Part shown: positions 1 through 15,000 of the stretch, piece by piece
Layout: each line of letters begins with the position of its first letter
Position numbering within the stretch: position 1 is the first letter of the stretch
From: Euprymna scolopes
Lineage: Eukaryota
Reading direction: 5' to 3' (one strand)
NCBI GenBank assembly: GCA_053919585.1
Contig: CM132813.1
DNA length: 64,000 nt
Notes under the pieces: generated by a model
What the model was told of the DNA's origin: nothing
Seen by the model: the letters and a program-made list of their open reading frames with translations, nothing else
Databases searched by the model: none
Made by a program: the position numbers and the translations under genes

Positions 1-3000
1 TCTAAATTAGACAGCATTCCCAATTCTAGATTTTCATTATTCATTAGACTGCATTCCCAATTCTAGATTTTCATTTCTAAATTAGACTGCATTCCCAATT
101 CTAGATTTTCATTTCTAGATTAGGCTGCATTCCCAATTCTAGATTTTCATTTCTAAATTAGACTGCATTCCCAATTCTAGATTTTCATTTCTAGATTAGG
201 CTGCATTCCCAATTCTAGATTTTCATTTCTAAATTAGACTGCATTCCCAATTCTAGATTTTCATTTCTAAATTAGACAGCATTCCCAATTCTAGATTTTC
301 ATTTCTAAATTAGACTGCATTCCCAATTCTAGATTTTCATTTCTAAATTAGACTGCATTCCCAATTCTAGATTTTCATTACTAAATTAGACTGCATTCCC
401 AATTCTAGATTTTCATTTCTAAATTAGACTGCATTCCCAATTCTAGATTTTCATTTCTAGATTAGGCTGCATTCCCAATTCTAGATTTTCATTTCTAAAT
501 AAGACAGCATTCCCAATTCTAGATTTTCATTATTCATTAGACTGCATTCCCAATTCTAGATTTTCATTTCTAAATTAGACTGCATTCCCAATTCTAGATT
601 TTCATTTCTAAATTAGACTGCATTCCCAATTCTAGATATTCATTTCTAAATTAGACTGCATTCCCAATTCTAGATTTTCATTTCTAAATTAGACTGCATT
701 CCCAATTCTAGATTTTCATTTCTAGATTAGGCTGCATTCCCAATTCTAGATTTTCATTTCTAAATTAGACTGCATTCCCAACTCTAGATTTTCATTATTC
801 ATTAGACTGCATTCCCAATTCTAGATTTTCATTATTCATTAGACTGCATTCCCAATTCTAGATTTTCATTTCTAAATTAGACTGCATTCCCAATTCTAGA
901 TTTTCATTTCTAAATTAGACTGCATTCCCAATTCTAGATTTTCATTTCTAAATTAGACTGCATTCCCAATTCTAGATTTTCATTTCTAGATTAGGCTGCA
1001 TTCCCAATTCTAGATTTTCATTTCTAAATTAGACAGCATTCCCAATTCTAGATTTTCATTATTCATTAGACTGCATTCCCAATTCTAGATTTTCATTTCT
1101 AAATTAGACTGCATTCCCAATTCTAGATTTTCATTTCTAAATTAGACTGCATTCCCAATTCTAGATTTTCATTTCTAAATTAGACTGCATTCCCAATTCT
1201 AGATTTTCATTTCTAGATTAGGCTGCATTCCCAATTCTAGATTTTCATTTCTAAATTAGACTGCATTCCCAATTTTAGATTTTCATTTCTAAATTAGACT
1301 GCATTCCCAATTCTAGATTTTCATTTCTAAATTAGACTGCATTCCCAATTCTAGATTTTCATTTCTAAATTAGACTGCATTCCCAATTCTAGATTTTCAT
1401 TTCTAGATTAGGCTGCATTCCCAATTCTAGATTTTCATTTCTAAATTAGACAGCATTCCCAATTCTAGATTTTCATTATTCATTAGACTGCATTCCCAAT
1501 TCTAGATTTTCATTTCTAAATTAGATTGCATTCCCAATTCTAGATTTTCATTTCTAAATTAGACTGCATTCCCAATTCTAGATTTTCATTTCTAAATTAG
1601 ACTGCATTCCCAATTCTAGATTTTCATTTCTAAATTAGACTGCATTCCCAATTCTAGATTTTCATTTCTAAATTAGACTGCATTCCCAATTCTAGATTTT
1701 CATTTCTAGATTAGGCTGCATTCCCAATTCTAGATTTTCATTTCTAAATTAGACAGCATTCCCAATTCTAGATTTTCATTATTCATTAGACTGCATTCCC
1801 AATTCTAGATTTTCATTTCTAAATTAGACTGCATTCCCAATTCTAGATTTTCATTTCTAAATTAGTCTGCATTCCCAATTCTAGATTTTCATTTCTAAAT
1901 TAGACTGCATTCCCAATTCTAGATTTTCATTTCTTGATTAGGCTGCATTCCCAATTCTAGATTTTCATTTCTAAATTAGACTGCATTCCCAATTCTAGAT
2001 TTTCATTTCTAAATTAGACTGCATTCCCAATTCTAGATTTTCATTTCTAGATTAGGCTGCATTCCCAATTCTAGATTTTCATTTCTAAATTAGACTGCAT
2101 TCCCAATTCTAGATTTTCATTTCTAGATTAGGCTGCATTCCCAATTCTAGATTTTCATTTCTAAATTAGACTGCATTCCCAATTCTAGATTTTCATTTCT
2201 AAATTAGACAGCATTCCCAATTCTAGATTTTCATTTCTAAATTAGACTGCATTCCCAATTCTAGATTTTCATTTCTAAATTAGACTGCATTCCCAATTCT
2301 AGATTTTCATTTCTAAATTAGAATGCATTCCCAATTCTAGATTTTCATTTCTAGATTAGGCTGCATTCCCAATTCTAGATTTTCATTTCTAAATTAGACA
2401 GCATTCCCAATTCTAGATTTTCATTATTCATTAGACTGCATTCCCAATTCTAGATTTTCATTTCTAAATTAGACTGCATTCCCAATTCTAGATTTTCATT
2501 TCTAAATTAGACTGCATTCCCAATTCTAGATTTTCATTTCTAAATTAGACTGCATTCCCAATTCTAGATATTCATTTCTAAATTAGACTGCATTCCCAAT
2601 TCTAGATTTTCATTTCTAAATTAGACTGCATTCCCAATTCTAGATTTTCATTTCTAGATTAGGCTGCATTCCCAATTCTAGATTTTCATTTCTAAATTAG
2701 ACTGCATTCCCAACTCTAGATTTTCATTATTCATTAGACTGCATTCCCAATTCTAGATTTTCATTATTCATTAGACTGCATTCCCAATTCTAGATTTTCA
2801 TTTCTAAATTAGACTGCATTCCCAATTCTAGATTTTCATTTCTAAATTAGACTGCATTCCCAATTCTAGATTTTCATTTCTAAATTAGACTGCATTCCCA
2901 ATTCTAGATTTTCATTTCTAGATTAGGCTGCATTCCCAATTCTAGATTTTCATTTCTAAATTAGACAGCATTCCCAATTCTAGATTTTCATTATTCATTA

Positions 3001-6000
3001 GACTGCATTCCCAATTCTAGATTTTCATTTCTAAATTAGACTGCATTCCCAATTCTAGATTTTCATTTCTAAATTAGACTGCATTCCCAATTCTAGATTT
3101 TCATTTCTAAATTAGACTGCATTCCCAATTCTAGATTTTCATTTCTAGATTAGGCTGCATTCCCAATTCTAGATTTTCATTTCTAAATTAGACAGCATTC
3201 CCAATTCTAGATTTTCATTATTCATTAGACTGCATTCCCAATTCTAGATTTTCATTTCTAAATTAGACTGCATTCCCAATTCTAGATTTTCATTTCTAAA
3301 TTAGACAGCATTCCAAATTCTAGATTTTCATTATTCATTAGACTGCATTCCCAATTCTAGATTTTCATTTCTAAATTAGACTGCATTCCCAATTCTAGAT
3401 TTTCATTTCTAAATTAGACTGCATTCCCAATTCTAGATTTTCATTTCTAAATCAGACTGCATTCCCAATTCTAGATTTTCATTTCTAGATTAGGCTGCAT
3501 TCCCAATTCTAGATTTTCATTTCTAAATTAGACTGCATTCCCAATTCTAGATTTTCATTTCTAAATTAGACAGCATTCCCAATTCTAGATTTTCATTTCT
3601 AAATTAGACTGCATTCCCAATTCTAGATTTTCATTTCTAAATTAGACTGCATTCCCAATTCTAGATTTTCATTTCTAAATTAGACTGCATTCCCAATTCT
3701 AGATTTTCATTTCTAAATTAGACTGCATTCCCAATTCTAGATTTTCATTTCTAGATTAGGCTGCATTCCCAATTCTAGATTTTCATTTCTAAATTAGACA
3801 GCATTCCCAATTCTAGATTTTCATTATTCATTAGACTGCATTCCCAATTCTAGATTTTCATTTCTAAATTAGACTGCATTCCCAATTCTAGATTTTCATT
3901 TCTAAATTAGACTGCATTCCCAATTCTAGATTTTCATTTCTAAATTAGACTGCATTCCCAATTCTAGATATTCATTTCTAAATTAGACTGCATTCCCAAT
4001 TCTAGATTTTCATTTCTAAATTAGACTGCATTCCCAATTCTAGATTTTCATTTCTAGATTAGGCTGCATTCCCAATTCTAGATTTTCATTTCTAAATTAG
4101 ACTGCATTCCCAACTCTAGATTTTCATTATTCATTAGACTGCATTCCCAATTCTAGATTTTCATTATTCATTAGACTGCATTCCCAATTCTAGATTTTCA
4201 TTTCTAAATTAGACTGCATTCCCAATTCTAGATTTTCATTTCTAAATTAGACTGCATTCCCAATTCTAGATTTTCATTTCTAAATTAGACTGCATTCCCA
4301 ATTCTAGATTTTCATTTCTAGATTAGGCTGCATTCCCAATTCTAGATTTTCATTTCTAAATTAGACAGCATTCCCAATTCTAGATTTTCATTATTCATTA
4401 GACTGCATTCCCAATTCTAGATTTTCATTTCTAAATTAGACTGCATTCCCAATTCTAGATTTTCATTTCTAAATTAGACTGCATTCCCAATTCTAGATTT
4501 TCATTTCTAAATTAGACTGCATTCCCAATTCTAGATTTTCATTTCTAGATTAGGCTGCATTCCCAATTCTAGATTTTCATTTCTAAATTAGACAGCATTC
4601 CCAATTCTAGATTTTCATTATTCATTAGACTGCATTCCCAATTCTAGATTTTCATTTCTAAATTAGACTGCATTCCCAATTCTAGATTTTCATTTCTAAA
4701 TTAGACTGCATTCCCAATTCTAGATTTTCATTTCTAAATTAGACTGCATTCCCAATTCTAGATTTTCATTTCTAAATTAGACTGCATTCCCAATTCTAGA
4801 TTTTAATTTCTAAATTAGACTGCATTCCCAATTCTAGATTTTCATTTCTAAATTAGACTGCATTCCCAATTCTAGATTTTCATTTCTAAATTAGACTGCA
4901 TTCCCAATTCTAGATTTTCATTTCTAAATTAGGCTGCATTCCCAATTCTAGATTTTCATTTCTAAATTAGACTGCATTCCCAATTCTAGATTTTCATTTC
5001 TAAATTAGACTGCATTCCCAATTCTAGATTTTCATTTCTAAATTAGACTGCATTCCCAATTCTAAATTTTCATTTCTAAATTAGACTGCATTCCCAATTC
5101 TAGATTTTCATTTCTAAATTAGACTGCATTCCCAATTCTAGATTTTCATTTCTAGATTAGGCTGCATTCCCAATTCTAGATTTTCATTTCTAAATTAGAC
5201 ATCATTCCCAATTCTAGATTTTCATTATTCATTAGACTGCATTCCCAATTCTAGATTTTCATTTCTAAATTAGACTGCATTCCCAATTCTAGATTTTCAT
5301 TTCTAAATTAGACTGCATTCCCAATTCTAGATTTTCATTTCTAAATTAGACTGCATTCCCAATTCTAGATATTCATTTCTAAATTAGACTGCATTCCCAA
5401 TTCTAGATTTTCATTTCTAAATTAGACTGCATTCCCAATTCTAGATTTTCATTTCTAGATTAGGCTGCATTCCCAATTCTAGATTTTCATTTCTAAATTA
5501 GACTGCATTCCCAACTCTAGATTTTCATTATTCATTAGACTGCATTCCCAATTCTAGATTTTCATTATTCATTAGACTGCATTCCCAATTCTAGATTTTC
5601 ATTTCTAAATTAGACTGCATTCCCAATTCTAGATTTTCATTTCTAAATTAGACTGCATTCCCAATTCTAGATTTTCATTTCTAAATTAGACTGCATTCCC
5701 AATTCTAGATATTCATTTCTAAATTAGACTGCATTCCCAATTCTAGATTTTCATTTCTAAATTAGACTGCATTCCCAATTCTAGATTTTCATTTCTAGAT
5801 TAGGCTGCATTCCCAATTCTAGATTTTCATTTCTAAATTAGACTGCATTCCCAACTCTAGATTTTCATTATTCATTAGACTGCATTCCCAATTCTAGATT
5901 TTCATTATTCATTAGACTGCATTCCCAATTCTAGATTTTCATTTCTAAATTAGACTGCATTCCCAATTCTAGATTTTCATTTCTAAATTAGACTGCATTC

Positions 6001-9000
6001 CCAATTCTAGATTTTCATTTCTCAATAAGACTGCATTCCCAATTCTAGATTTTCATTTCTAGATTAGGCTGCATTCGCAATTCTAGATTTTCATTTCTAA
6101 ATTAGACAGCATTCCCAATTCTAGATTTTCATTATTCATTAGACTGCATTCCCAATTCTAGATTTTCATTTCTAAATTAGACTGCATTCCCAATTCTAGA
6201 TTTTCATTTCTAAATTAGACTGCATTCCCAATTCTAGATTTTCATTTCTAAATTAGACTGCATTCCCAATTCTAGATTTTCATTTCTAGATTAGGCTGCA
6301 TTCCCAATTCTAGATTTTCATTTCTAAATTAGACAGCATTCCCAATTCTAGATTTTCATTATTCATAAGACTGCATTCCCAATTCTAGATTTTCATTTCT
6401 AAATTAGACTGCATTCCCAATTCTAGATTTTCATTTCTAAATTAGACTGCATTCCCAATTCTAGATTTTCATTTCTAAATTAGACTGCATTCCCAATTCT
6501 AGATTTTCATTTCTAAATTAGACTGCATTCCCAATTCTAGATTTTAATTTCTAAATTAGACTGCATTCCCAATTCTAGATTTTCATTTCTAAATTAGACT
6601 GCATTCCCAATTCTAGATTTTCATTTCTAAATTAGACTGCATTCCCAATTCTAGATTTTCATTTCTAAATTAGACTGCATTCCCAATTCTAGATTTTCAT
6701 TTCTAAATTAGACTGCATTCCCAATTCTAGATTTTCATTTCTAAATTAGAATGCATTCCCAATTCTAGATTTTCATTTCTAGATTAGGCTGCATTCCCAA
6801 TTCTAGATTTTCATTTCTAAATTAGACAGCATTCCCAATTCTAGATTTTCATTATTCATTAGACTGCATTCCCAATTCTAGATTTTCATTTCTAAATTAG
6901 ACTGCATTCCCAATTCTAGATTTTCATTTCTAAATTAGACTGCATTCCCAATTCTAGATTTTCATTTCTAAATTAGACTGCATTCCCAATTCTAGATATT
7001 CATTTCAAAATTAGACTGCATTCCCAATTCTAGATTTTCATTTCTAAATTAGACTGCATTCCCAATTCTAGATTTTCCTTTCTAGATTAGGCTGCATTCC
7101 CAATTCTAGATTTTCATTTCTAAATTAGACTGCATTCCCAACTCTAGATTTTCATTATTCATTAGACTGCATTCCCAATTCTAGATTTTCATTATTCATT
7201 AGACTGCATTCCCAATTCTAGATTTTCATTTCTAAATTAGACTGCATTCCCAATTCTAGATTTTCATATCTTAATTAGACTGCATTCCCAATTCTAGATT
7301 TTCATTTCTAAATTAGACTGCATTCCCAATTCTAGATTTTCATTTCTAGATTAGGCTGCATTCCCAATTCTAGATTTTCATTTCTAAATTAGACAGCATT
7401 CCCAATTCTAGATTTTCATTATTCATTAGACTGCATTCCCAATTCTAGATTTTCATTTCTAAATTAGACTGCATTCCCAATTCTAGATTTTCATTTCTAA
7501 ATTAGACTGCATTCCCAATTCTAGATTTTCATTTCTAAATTAGACTGCATTCCCAATTCTAGATTTTCATTTCTAGATTAGGCTGCATTCCCAATTCTAG
7601 ATTTTCATTTCTAAATTAGACAGCATTCCCAATTCTAGATTTTCATTATTCATTAGACTGCATTCCCAATTCTAGATTTTCATTTCTAAATTAGACTGCA
7701 TTCCCAATTCTAGATTTTCATTTCTAAATTAGACAGCATTCCAAATTCTAGATTTTCATTATTCATTAGACTGCATTCCCAATTCTAGATTTTCATTTCT
7801 AAATTAGACTGCATTCCCAATTCTAGATTTTCATTTCTAAATTAGACTGCATTCCCAATTCTAGATTTTCATTTCTAAATCAGACTGCATTCCCAATTCT
7901 AGATTTTCATTTCTAGATTAGGCTGCATTCCCAATTCTAGATTTTCATTTCTAAATTAGACTGCATTCCCAATTCTAGATTTTCATTTCTAAATTAGACA
8001 GCATTCCCAATTCTAGATTTTCATTTCTAAATTAGACTGCATTCCCAATTCTAGATTTTCATTTCTAAATTAGACTGCATTCCCAATTCTAGATATTCAT
8101 TTCTAAATTAGACTGCATTCCCAATTCTAGATTTTCATTTCTAAATTAGACTGCATTCCCAATTCTAGATTTTCATTTCTAGATTAGGCTGCATTCCCAA
8201 TTCTAGATTTTCATTTCTAAATTAGACAGCATTCCCAATTCTAGATTTTCATTATTCATTAGACTGCATTCCCAATTCTAGATATTCATTTCTAAATTAG
8301 ACTGCATTCCCAATTCTAGATTTTCATTTCTAAATTAGACTGCATTCCCAATTCTAGATTTTCATTTCTAAATTAGACTGCATTCCCAATTCTAGATTTT
8401 CATTTCTAAATTAGACTGCATTCCCAACTCTAGATTTTCATTATTCATTAGACTGCATTCCCAATTCTAGATTTTCATTATTCATTAGACTGCATTCCCA
8501 ATTCTAGATTTTCATTTCTAAATTAGACTGCATTCCCAATTCTAGATTTTCATTTCTAATTTAGACTGCATTCCCAATTCTAGATTTTCATTTCTAAATT
8601 AGGCTGCATTCCCAATTCTAGATTTTCATTTCTAAATTAGACAGCATTCCCAATTCTAGATTTTCATTATTCATTAGACTGCATTCCCAATTCTAGATTT
8701 TCATTTCTAAATTAGACTGCATTCCCAATTCTAGATTTTCATTTCTAAATTAGACTGCATTCCCAATTCTAGATTTTCATTTCTAAATTAGACTGCATTC
8801 CCAATTCTAGATTTTCATTTCTAGATTAGGCTGCATTCCCAATTCTAGATTTTCATTTCTAAATTAGACAGCATTCCCAATTCTAGATTTTCATTATTCA
8901 TTAGACTGCATTCCCAATTCTAGATTTTCATTTCTAAATTAGACTGCATTCCCAATTCTAGATTTTCATTTCTAAATTAGACTGCATTCCCAATTCTAGA

Positions 9001-12000
9001 TTTTCATTTCTAAATTAGACTGCATTCCCAATTCTAGATTTTCATTTCTAAATTAGACTGCATTCCCAATTCTAGATTTTAATTTCTAAATTAGACTGCA
9101 TTCCCAATTCTAGATTTTCATTTCTAAATTAGACTGCATTCCCAATTCTAGATTTTCATTTCTAAATTAGACTGCATTCCCAATTCTAGATTTTCATTTC
9201 TAAATTAGGCTGCATTCCCAATTCTAGATTTTCATTTCTAAATTAGACTGCATTCCCAATTCTAGATTTTCATTTCTAAATTAGACTGCATTCCCAATTC
9301 TAGATTTTCATTTCTAAATTAGACTGCATTCCCAATTCTAAATTTTCATTTCTAAATTAGACTGCATTCCCAATTCTAGATTTTCATTTCTAAATTAGAC
9401 TGCATTCCCAATTCTAGATTTTCATTTCTAGATTAGGCTGCATTCCCAATTCTAGATTTTCATTTCTAAATTAGACAGCATTCCCAATTCTAGATTTTCA
9501 TTATTCATTAGACTGCATTCCCAATTCTAGATTTTCATTTCTAAATTAGACTGCATTCCCAATTCTAGATTTTCATTTCTAAATTAGACTGCATTCCCAA
9601 TTCTAGATTTTCATTTCTAAATTAGACTGCATTCCCAATTCTAGATATTCATTTCTAAATTAGACTGCATTCCCAATTCTAGATTTTCATTTCTAAATTA
9701 GACTGCATTCCCAATTCTAGATTTTCATTTCTAGATTAGGCTGCATTCCCAATTCTAGATTTTCATTTCTAAATTAGACTGCATTCCCAACTCTAGATTT
9801 TCATTATTCATTAGACTGCATTCCCACTTCTAGATTTTCATTATTCATTAGACTGCATTCCCAATTCTAGATTTTCATTTCTAAATTAGACTGCATTCCC
9901 AATTCTAGATTTTCATTTCTAAATTAGACTGCATTCCCAATTCTAGATTTTCATTTCTAAATTAGACTGCATTCCCAATTCTAGATATTCATTTCTAAAT
10001 TAGACTGCATTCCCAATTCTAGATTTTCATTTCTAAATTAGACTGCATTCCCAATTCTAGATTTTCATTTCTAGATTAGGCTGCATTCCCAATTCTAGAT
10101 TTTCATTTCTAAATTAGACTGCATTCCCAATTCTAGATTTTCATTTCTAAATTAGACTGCATTCCCAATTCTAGATTTTCATTTCTAAATTAGACTGCAT
10201 TCCCAATTCTAGATTTTCATTTCTAAATTAGACTGCATTCCCAATTCTAGATTTTCATTTCTAAATTAGACTGCATTCCCAATTCTAGATTTTCATTTCT
10301 AAATTAGACTGCATTCCCAATTCTAGATTTTCATTTCTAGATTAGGCTGCATTCCCAATTCTAGATTTTCATTTCTAAATTAGACAGCATTCCCAATTCT
10401 AGATTTTCATTATTCATTAGACTGCATTCCCAATTCTAGATTTTCATTTCTAAATTAGACTGCATTCCCAATTCTAGATTTTCATTTCTAAATTAGACTG
10501 CATTCCCAATTCTAGATTTTCATTTCTAAATTAGACTGCATTCCCAATTCTAGATTTTCATTTCTAGATTAGGCTGCATTCCCAATTCTAGATTTTCATT
10601 TCTAAATTAGACAGCATTCCCAATTCTAGATTTTCATTGTTCATTAGACTGCATTCCCAATTCTAGATTTTCATTTCTAAATTAGACTGCATTCCCAATT
10701 CTAGATTTTCATTTCTAAATTAGACTGCATTCCCAATTCTAGATTTTCATTTCTAAATTAGACTGCATTCCCAATTCTAGATTTTCATTTCTAAATTAGA
10801 CTGCATTCCCAATTCTAGATTTTAATTTCTAAATTAGACTGCATTCCCAATTCTAGATTTTCATTTCTAAATTAGACTGCATTCCCAATTCTAGATTTTC
10901 ATTTCTAAATTAGACTGCATTCCCAATTCTAGATTTTCATTTCTAAATTAGGCTGCATTCCCAATTCTAGATTTTCATTTCTAAATTAGACTGCATTCCC
11001 AATTCTAGATTTTCATTTCTAAATTAGACTGCATTCCCAATTCTAGATTTTCATTTCTAAATTAGACTGCATTCCCAATTCTAGATTTTCATTTCTAAAT
11101 TAGACTGCATTCCCAATTCTAGATTTTCATTTCTAAATTAGACTGCATTCCCAATTCTAGATTTTCATTTCTAGATTAGGCTGCATTCCCAATTCTAGAT
11201 TTTCATTTCTAAATTAGACAGCATTCCCAATTCTAGATTTTCATTATTCATTAGACTGCATTCCCAATTCTAGATTTTCATTTCTAAATTAGACTGCATT
11301 CCCAATTCTAGATTTTCATTTCTAAATTAGACTGCATTCCCAATTCTAGATTTTCATTTCTAAATTAGACTGCATTCCCAATTCTAGATTTTCATTTCTA
11401 AATTAGACTGCATTCCCAATTCTAGATATTCATTTCTAAATTAGACTGCATTCCCAATTCTAGATTTTCATTTCTAAATTAGACTGCATTCCCAATTCTA
11501 GATTTTCATTTCTAGATTAGGCTGCATTCCCAATTCTAGATTTTCATTTCTAAATTAGACTGCATTCCCAACTCTAGATTTTCATTATTCATTAGACTGC
11601 ATTCCCAATTCTAGATTTTCATTATTCATTAGACTGCATTCCCAATTCTAGATTTTCATTTCTAAATTAGACTGCATTCCCAATTCTAGATTTTCATTTC
11701 TAAATTAGACTGCATTCCCAATTCTAGATTTTCATTTCTAAATTAGACTGCATTCCCAATTCTAGATTTTCATTTCTAGATTAGGCTGCATTCCCAATTC
11801 TAGATTTTCATTTCTAAATTAGACAGCATTCCCAATTCTAGATTTTCATTATTCATTAGACTGCATTCCCAATTCTAGATTTTCATTTCTAAATTAGACT
11901 GCATTCCCAATTCTAGATTTTCATTTCTAAATTAGACTGCATTCCCAATTCTAGATTTTCATTTCTAAATTAGACTGCATTCCCAATTCTAGATTTTCAT

Positions 12001-15000
12001 TTCTAGATTAGGCTGCATTCCCAATTCTAGATTTTCATTTCTAAATTAGACAGCATTCCCAATTCTAGATTTTCATTATTCATTAGACTGCATTCCCAAT
12101 TCTAGATTTTCATTTCTAAATTAGACTGCATTCCCAATTCTAGATTTTCATTTCTAAATTAGACTGCATTCCCAATTCTAGATTTTCATTTCTAAATTAG
12201 ACTGCATTCCCAATTCTAGATTTTCATTTCTAAATTAGACTGCATTCCCAATTCTAGATTTTAATTTCTAAATTAGACTGCATTCCCAATTCGTGGTTTT
12301 CATTTCTAAATTAGACTGCATTCCCAATTCTAGATTTTCATTTCTAAATTAGACTGCATTCCCAATTCTAGATTTTCATTTCTAAATTAGGCTGCATTCC
12401 CAATTCTAGATTTTCATTTCTAAATTAGACTGCATTCCCAATTTTAGATTTTCATTTCTAAATTAGACTGCATTCCCAATTCTAGATTTTCATTTCTAAA
12501 TTAGACTGCATTCCCAATTCTAGATTTTAGATTTTCATTTCTAAATTAGACTGCATTCCCAATTCTAGATTTTCATTTCTAAATTAGACTGCATTCCCAA
12601 TTCTAGATTTTCATTTCTAGATTAGGCTGCATTCCCAATTCTAGATTTTCATTTCTAAATTAGACAGCATTCCCAATTCTAGATTTTCATTATTCATTAG
12701 ACTGCATTCCCAATTCTAGATTTTCATTTCTAAATTAGACTGCATTCCCAACTCTAGATTTTCATTTCTAAATTAGACTGCATTCCCAATTCTAGATTTT
12801 CATTTCTAAATTAGACTGCATTCCCAATTCTAGATATTCATTTCTAAATTAGACTGCATTCCCAATTCTAGATTTTCATTTCTAAATTAGACTGCATTCC
12901 CAATTCTAGATTTTCATTTCTAGATTAGGCTGCATTCCCAATTCTAGATTTTCATTTCTAAATTAGACTGCATTCCCAACTCTAGATTTTCATTATTTAT
13001 TAGACTGCATTCCCAATTCTAGATTTTCATTATTCATTAGACTGCATTCCCAATTCTAGATTTTCATTTCTAAATTAGACTGCATTCCCAATTCTAGATT
13101 TTCATTTCTAAATTAGACTGCATTCCCAATTCTAGATTTTCATTTCTAAATTAGACTGCATTCCCAATTCTAGATTTTCATTTCTAGATTAGGCTGCATT
13201 CCCAATTCTAGATTTTCATTTCTAAATTAGACAGCATTCCCAATTCTAGATTTTCATTATTCATTAGACTGCATTCCCAATTCTAGATTTTCATTTCTAA
13301 ATTAGACTGCATTCCCAATTCTAGATTTTCATTTCTAAATTAGACTGCATTCCCAATTCTAGATTTTCATTTCTAAATTAGACTGCATTCCCAATTCTAG
13401 ATTTTCATTTCTAGATTAGGGTGCATTCCCAATTCTAGATTTTCATTTCTAAATTAGACAGCATTCCCAATTCTAGATTTTCATTATTCATTAGACTGCA
13501 TTCCCAATTCTAGATTTTCATTTCTAAATTAGACTGCATTCCCAATTCTAGATTTTCATTTCTAAATTAGACTGCATTCCCAATTCTAGATTTTCATTTC
13601 TAAATTAGACTGCATTCCCAATTCTAGATTTTCATTTCTAAATTAGACTGCATTCCCAATTCTAGATTTTAATTTCTAAATTAGACTGCATTCCCAATTC
13701 TAGATTTTCATTTCTAAATTAGACTGCATTCCCAATTCTAGATTTTCATTTCTAAATTAGACTGCATTCCCAATTCTAGATTTTCATTTCTAAATTAGGC
13801 TGCATTCCCAATTCTAGATTTTCATTTCTAAATTAGACTGCATTCCCAATTCTAGATTTTCATTTCTAAATTAGACTGCATTCCCAATTCTAGATTTTCA
13901 TTTCTAAATTAGACTGCATTCCCAATTCTAGATTTTCATTTCTAAAGTAGACTGCATTCCCAATTCTAGATTTTCATTTCTAAATTAGACTGCATTCCCA
14001 ATTCTAGATTTTCATTTCTAGATTAGGCTGCATTCCCAATTCTAGATTTTCATTTCTAAATTAGACAGCATTCCCAATTCTAGATTTTCATTATTCATTA
14101 GACTGCATTCCCAATTCTAGATTTTCATTTCTAGATTAGACTGCATTCCCAATTCTAGATTTTCATTTCTAAATTAGACTGCATTCCCAATTCTAGATTT
14201 TCATTTCTAAATTAGACTGCATTCCCAATTCTAGATTTTCATTTCTAAATTAGACTGCATTCCCAATTCTAGATTTTCATTTCTAAATTAGACTGCATTC
14301 CCAATTCTAGATTTTCATTTCTAGATTAGGCTGCATTCCCAATTCTAGATTTTCATTTCTAAATTAGACAGCATTCCCAATTCTAGATTTTCATTATACA
14401 TTAGACTGCATTCCCAATTCTAGATTTTCATTTCTAAATTAGACTGCATTCCCAATTCTAGATTTTCATTTCTAAATTAGACTGCATTCCCAATTCTAGA
14501 TTTTCATTTCTAAATTAGATTGCATTCCCAATTCTAGATTTTCATTTCTAGATTAGGCTGCATTCCCAATTCTAGATTTTCATTTCTAAATTAGACAGCA
14601 TTCCCAATTCTAGATTTTCATTATTCATTAGACTGCATTCCCAATTCTAGATTTTCATTTCTAAATTAGACTGCATTCCCAATTCTAGATTTTCATTTCT
14701 AAATTAGACTGCATTCCCAATTCTAGATTTTCATTTCTAAATTAGACTGCATTCCCAATTCTAGATTTTCATTTCTAAATTAGACTGCATTCCCAATTCT
14801 AGATTTTCATTTCTAAATTAGACTGCATTCCCAATTCTAGATTTTCATTTCTAAATTAGACTGCATTCCCAATTCTAGATTTTCATTTCTAAATTAGACT
14901 GCATTCCCAATTCTAGATTTTCATTTCTAAATTAGGCTGCATTCCCAATTCTAGATTTTCATTTCTAAATTAGACTGCATTCCCAATTCTAGATTTTCAT

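Noticed and set aside
12285-12540. Odd monomers (TCGTGGTTTT at 12291; 7-bp AGATTTT duplication at ~12529)
   Set aside because: Singletons compatible with local mutation or consensus error; no evidence of function.
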